A DNA stretch of 50,365 bases from assembly GCA_003153495.1 (NCBI GenBank), contig PLYU01000302.1:1-50365 (forward strand). The letters are read 5' to 3'. The notes below the pieces were generated by a model. That model made no database searches and was not told the DNA's origin. It saw only the letters and a program-made list of their open reading frames with translations. Source of the DNA: Myxococcales bacterium. GTDB taxonomy: Bacteria > Myxococcota_A > Polyangia > Polyangiales > Polyangiaceae. A program made the translations under genes and the position numbers. Below are positions 47,802-50,365 of this stretch, piece by piece (the stretch's first letter is position 1; each line of letters starts with the position of its first letter).

Positions 47802-49412
47802 ATGCCTCCCCGCTCCTCGCCAACCCCCTACCCCTCCGTCGCCCTCACGGGCCCGGGCCGCATGGTCACGAGCCTGCGGCTGGGGGAGCGAGTGCTCGTT
47901 CGCTCGAACGACGGGCCTCTCGCGGCCGAATACGCCGTGTTCGAGGCCAGCGACATCGTGCTCCAGGCGACCGACCCGCTGACCGTGCGCGAGGCCGGCT
48001 ACACGACCACCGCCCGCCGGGCTCTCGATCGCCTGGCCCGGGCGGGCGTGACGCCCGATCTCGCCTCGGACGCCGCGAGCTCGCTGGATCCGCTCGTCAC
48101 CGAGTCGTTCGCGCGGGGCCGCTCGGCGCGCGCCGTCGCCTCGCAGCTGCGAGCGCACGAGCTCTTCGACGGGGCGCTCTACGACTCGCTCGGGAGCCGC
48201 TACGAGGGCGCCTGGCTCGACCTTCGCGCCTTGACGACGGCGCTCGGCATCGACCACGCGCCGGTGCTCCTCCAGGCGCTGCACCTCGCCGCGGCGCTCG
48301 GCGAGGTGGACCCTTCGACCCCCGTTCACCTGTCGACGGCGGCCATCACCAGAGACCGCAGGCCCGGCGAGCGGACGCACGTCCCGGTGGCTCTGGACGG
48401 CGCGGCGGCGCTCCCGGATGCGCTCAAGCGCCTGGCGCCCAACACCCTCGCGATCGAGTCGGGCAACGACCGATTGCTCCGCCGGGCCCTTCACGCGCGC
48501 GTGCGCGAGCGGATGGCACAGGACAACTCTCCCCCTCTTCGGGCGCACCTGTCCAGGCTCGAGGCTGCGCTCACCCTCCTGAGCGGCGACGAGCCGCCTC
48601 GCAGCGTCGCGGAGGCCCTCTCAGAGATCGCCTACGCGGAGCCGGCGTCTGACGATGCAGCGCTCGTCGCCGCCCGCACCTGGCTTGCTGTGGGCGAGGC
48701 CGCGCACTCTCGCCATTTCGCGCGCCGGCTGGCCGAAGATCCCTCGGCGAGCGACGGTGAGCGCCTCGTCGCTCTCGAGATCCTCGACTCGACGCACGAG
48801 ACGGGCGACTCCGAGATGCCGCCGGCGGCGGCGCGGGAAGAGCCGCCGCCCCCGGCGCCGCGGCTCCCCGCCGAGCCGGCCCCGTCCTTCGCGCCTGAGC
48901 CCACCCCGGTGCCCCCGCGCCCGGACCCGGAGCTGGTCGAATCGCTGCCGCTCCCCGAGGGCCTGGACGAGTCGATGCTGGGTCAGGGCGAGGTGCCGCG
49001 GACGCCGCAGCAGGCGAGGATCGCGATGACGCGCCTGGCGCGCGACCTCGCGCGCGACTACCGCCTCTGGTACGGCACGGCGCTCGGCTGCGACGTGCGA
49101 TCGCTCGAGTCGATGCAGCAGCACCTGATGGACCGGTTCACCGGCGCCGAGATCGGCGGCCCCGTCGGGGCGTGGGAGCTCCGGCGTCACGGCGCGTTCC
49201 TGAGCGAGATCATCGCACGCGCGCTCGGCGGCGTGTGGGTCGACATCGCGCCGAGCGAGCCGCGGTACTGGGCGATGGTCGTGCCTCCCTCGACGCGATC
49301 GTGCCCGATCGGGCGCGTGTACGAGTTCCTGGCCCTCGGCCACCGTGGGCGCGACCTGGTCGGCTACTACCTGGACCTCGAGGCCGGCACGCGAGCACGC
49401 ACGCGCGGCTAG
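47802..49412 (+). CDS. hypothetical two-domain protein with a Pro-rich linker
   Basis: Coding-like composition begins at about 47860 (MVTSLRLGERVLVRSNDGPLAAEYAVFEASDIVLQ...). The Pro-rich linker is PPPPAPRLPAEPAPSFAPEPTPVPPRPDPE. The C-terminal domain reads DYRLWYGTALGCDVRSLESMQQHLMDRF...WAMVVPPSTRSCPIGRVYEFLALG. The start is ATG 47802 or 47862. The track ORF from 47163 is antisense to the response regulator. Confidence 0.6.
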   Translation: MPPRSSPTPYPSVALTGPGRMVTSLRLGERVLVRSNDGPLAAEYAVFEASDIVLQATDPLTVREAGYTTTARRALDRLARAGVTPDLASDAASSLDPLVTESFARGRSARAVASQLRAHELFDGALYDSLGSRYEGAWLDLRALTTALGIDHAPVLLQALHLAAALGEVDPSTPVHLSTAAITRDRRPGERTHVPVALDGAAALPDALKRLAPNTLAIESGNDRLLRRALHARVRERMAQDNSPPLRAHLSRLEAALTLLSGDEPPRSVAEALSEIAYAEPASDDAALVAARTWLAVGEAAHSRHFARRLAEDPSASDGERLVALEILDSTHETGDSEMPPAAAREEPPPPAPRLPAEPAPSFAPEPTPVPPRPDPELVESLPLPEGLDESMLGQGEVPRTPQQARIAMTRLARDLARDYRLWYGTALGCDVRSLESMQQHLMDRFTGAEIGGPVGAWELRRHGAFLSEIIARALGGVWVDIAPSEPRYWAMVVPPSTRSCPIGRVYEFLALGHRGRDLVGYYLDLEAGTRARTRG

Positions 49413-49431
49413 CACTACTTCACCATTGATT

Positions 49432-50127
49432 TCACTGGCACCCCCCGTCGACGCAGGTCGCAGCCGGACCCCCGTCGTGACGGGGGCATGCGTTGCCGCA
49501 CGCTCCGCAGTTGCGGACGTCGCTCGTGTTGTCGACACACCCGGTCGGCTTCACGGCCGGGCACGCGGTCAGCCCGGGGTTGCAGGTCATCCCGCAGGCG
49601 GGCGGGGTCCCGCCGCACGTCGCCATGCCGCCGGCGTCCGGAGCGCTGCACACCGTGGCGCAAGCGCCGCAGTGATTCGGGTCGCTCCTGATGTCCACGC
49701 ATTGTCCGCTGGCGCTGCCGCCGTCGCATAGCGTGAGCGTGGAGGAGCACGACCCCACGCACGCCATGCCGTTGCACGTCACCGAGGTTCCGCTGATGGG
49801 AGCGACGCAGGGAGAGCAGGACGACTGGCCGCAGGAGTTCGGCGAAAAGTCGCTCGAGCACACCCCCGCGCAGTCGTGGTAGCCCGGCGCGCAGACGACG
49901 TTGCTTGCATCATTCGCATCGCTTCCCGCATCGCCGGCGTCCGTCGCGTCGCCGGTGCCGTCCACGGGCGCGTCGGGGGGAGGGGGGGCGGACACGTCTT
50001 CTCCGGCATCTGCGCCTGCAACTTCGAGGTCCTCGAAGCTCAAGATGCTCGCGCAGGCGGAAGCGCTGACCGCAACCCCTCCGAGTAGGGCGATTCGAAT
50101 GGACCCCATCCGTTGCCGCACGCTCAT
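49432..50127 (-). CDS. Cys-rich repeat lipoprotein/secreted protein
   Basis: MSVRQRMGSIRIALLGGVAVSASAC lipobox and an acidic Asp/Ala/Gly linker. Cys-rich modules follow, with recurring CxDxxxDxxxCGACxxxC (CVDIRSDPNHCGACATVC, CVDNTSDVRNCGACGNAC). The track start at 50328 lies upstream, within the coding region of the next Cys-rich gene (50138..50365). Confidence 0.7.
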   Translation of the reverse strand: MSVRQRMGSIRIALLGGVAVSASACASILSFEDLEVAGADAGEDVSAPPPPDAPVDGTGDATDAGDAGSDANDASNVVCAPGYHDCAGVCSSDFSPNSCGQSSCSPCVAPISGTSVTCNGMACVGSCSSTLTLCDGGSASGQCVDIRSDPNHCGACATVCSAPDAGGMATCGGTPPACGMTCNPGLTACPAVKPTGCVDNTSDVRNCGACGNACPRHDGGPAATCVDGGCQ

Positions 50128-50137
50128 CGCGCCATCC

Positions 50138-50365
50138 CTACTGGCAGGAGCTCGCCACGCACGTGTTCGAGCCCGCGTCGGCGCACGAGATGCCGCAAGC
50201 ACCACAGTTCGCCGGGTCGGTGGACGTGTCGACCTCGCAGCCGTTCGAAGCGAGGCCGTCGCAGTTCGCGAAGGGAGCCGTGCACGTCGGCATGGAGCAC
50301 GCCGACGAGACGCAGGTCTCCGTGCCACCGCTCGTGCTGCACGCCTTGCCGCAACCGCCGCAGTT
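50138..50365 (-). CDS. 3' end of a second Cys-rich repeat protein gene (partial, runs off the right edge)
   Basis: The reverse-strand frame from 50365 reads NCGGCGKACSTSGGTETCVSSACSMPTCTAPFANCDGLASNGCEVDTSTDPANCGACGISCADAGSNTCVASSCQ, with its stop at 50140..50138. It has the same module type as the downstream gene. It is absent from the ORF track because it has no start inside the window. Confidence 0.6.
   Translation of the reverse strand, partial: NCGGCGKACSTSGGTETCVSSACSMPTCTAPFANCDGLASNGCEVDTSTDPANCGACGISCADAGSNTCVASSCQ

Overview
Very GC-rich window (roughly 70% by eye, not computed). The protein repertoire looks myxobacterial: FHA-domain sigma54 activator, PEGA protein, AgmX/PglI-type TonB-like tail, giant TPR proteins and Cys-rich NCGACG repeat proteins. 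No rRNA, tRNA, CRISPR array, transposase or integrase was seen. The main feature is a co-directional gene array of about 25 kb on the minus strand (37040 down to 11966). Its product order matches the Myxococcus Glt (gliding) and Nfs (spore coat) trans-envelope machines: C-like, GltD-like 1293-aa TPR protein, GltE-like TPR lipoprotein, small Gly-rich protein, FHA/TonB-like GltG-like protein, a TPR lipoprotein, then a 3751-aa GltI/AgmK-like TPR giant. Unusually, it continues into an FHA-sigma54 enhancer-binding protein and a lipoprotein. A Cys-rich lipoprotein is divergent from the array, and two paralogous GltA/B-type outer-membrane barrel genes lie 4.6 kb away. These are separated from the array by housekeeping genes (yraN, ftsY) and by sensor and HEAT-repeat genes that lack a recognisable output domain. 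The left 8 kb holds an amidase, an M1 aminopeptidase, a gene-poor islet with two ParE/RelE-type toxin-antitoxin loci (one decayed), a strongly C-rich tract, a doubly frameshifted gluzincin lipoprotein gene and an AmiC-like amidase. The right end holds an HDAC-family gene, a response regulator, an ORFan and tandem Cys-rich lipoprotein genes. Many long Arg/Gly/Pro-rich ORFs in the supplied track are high-GC artefacts. All homology statements come from motif recognition, not from searches.
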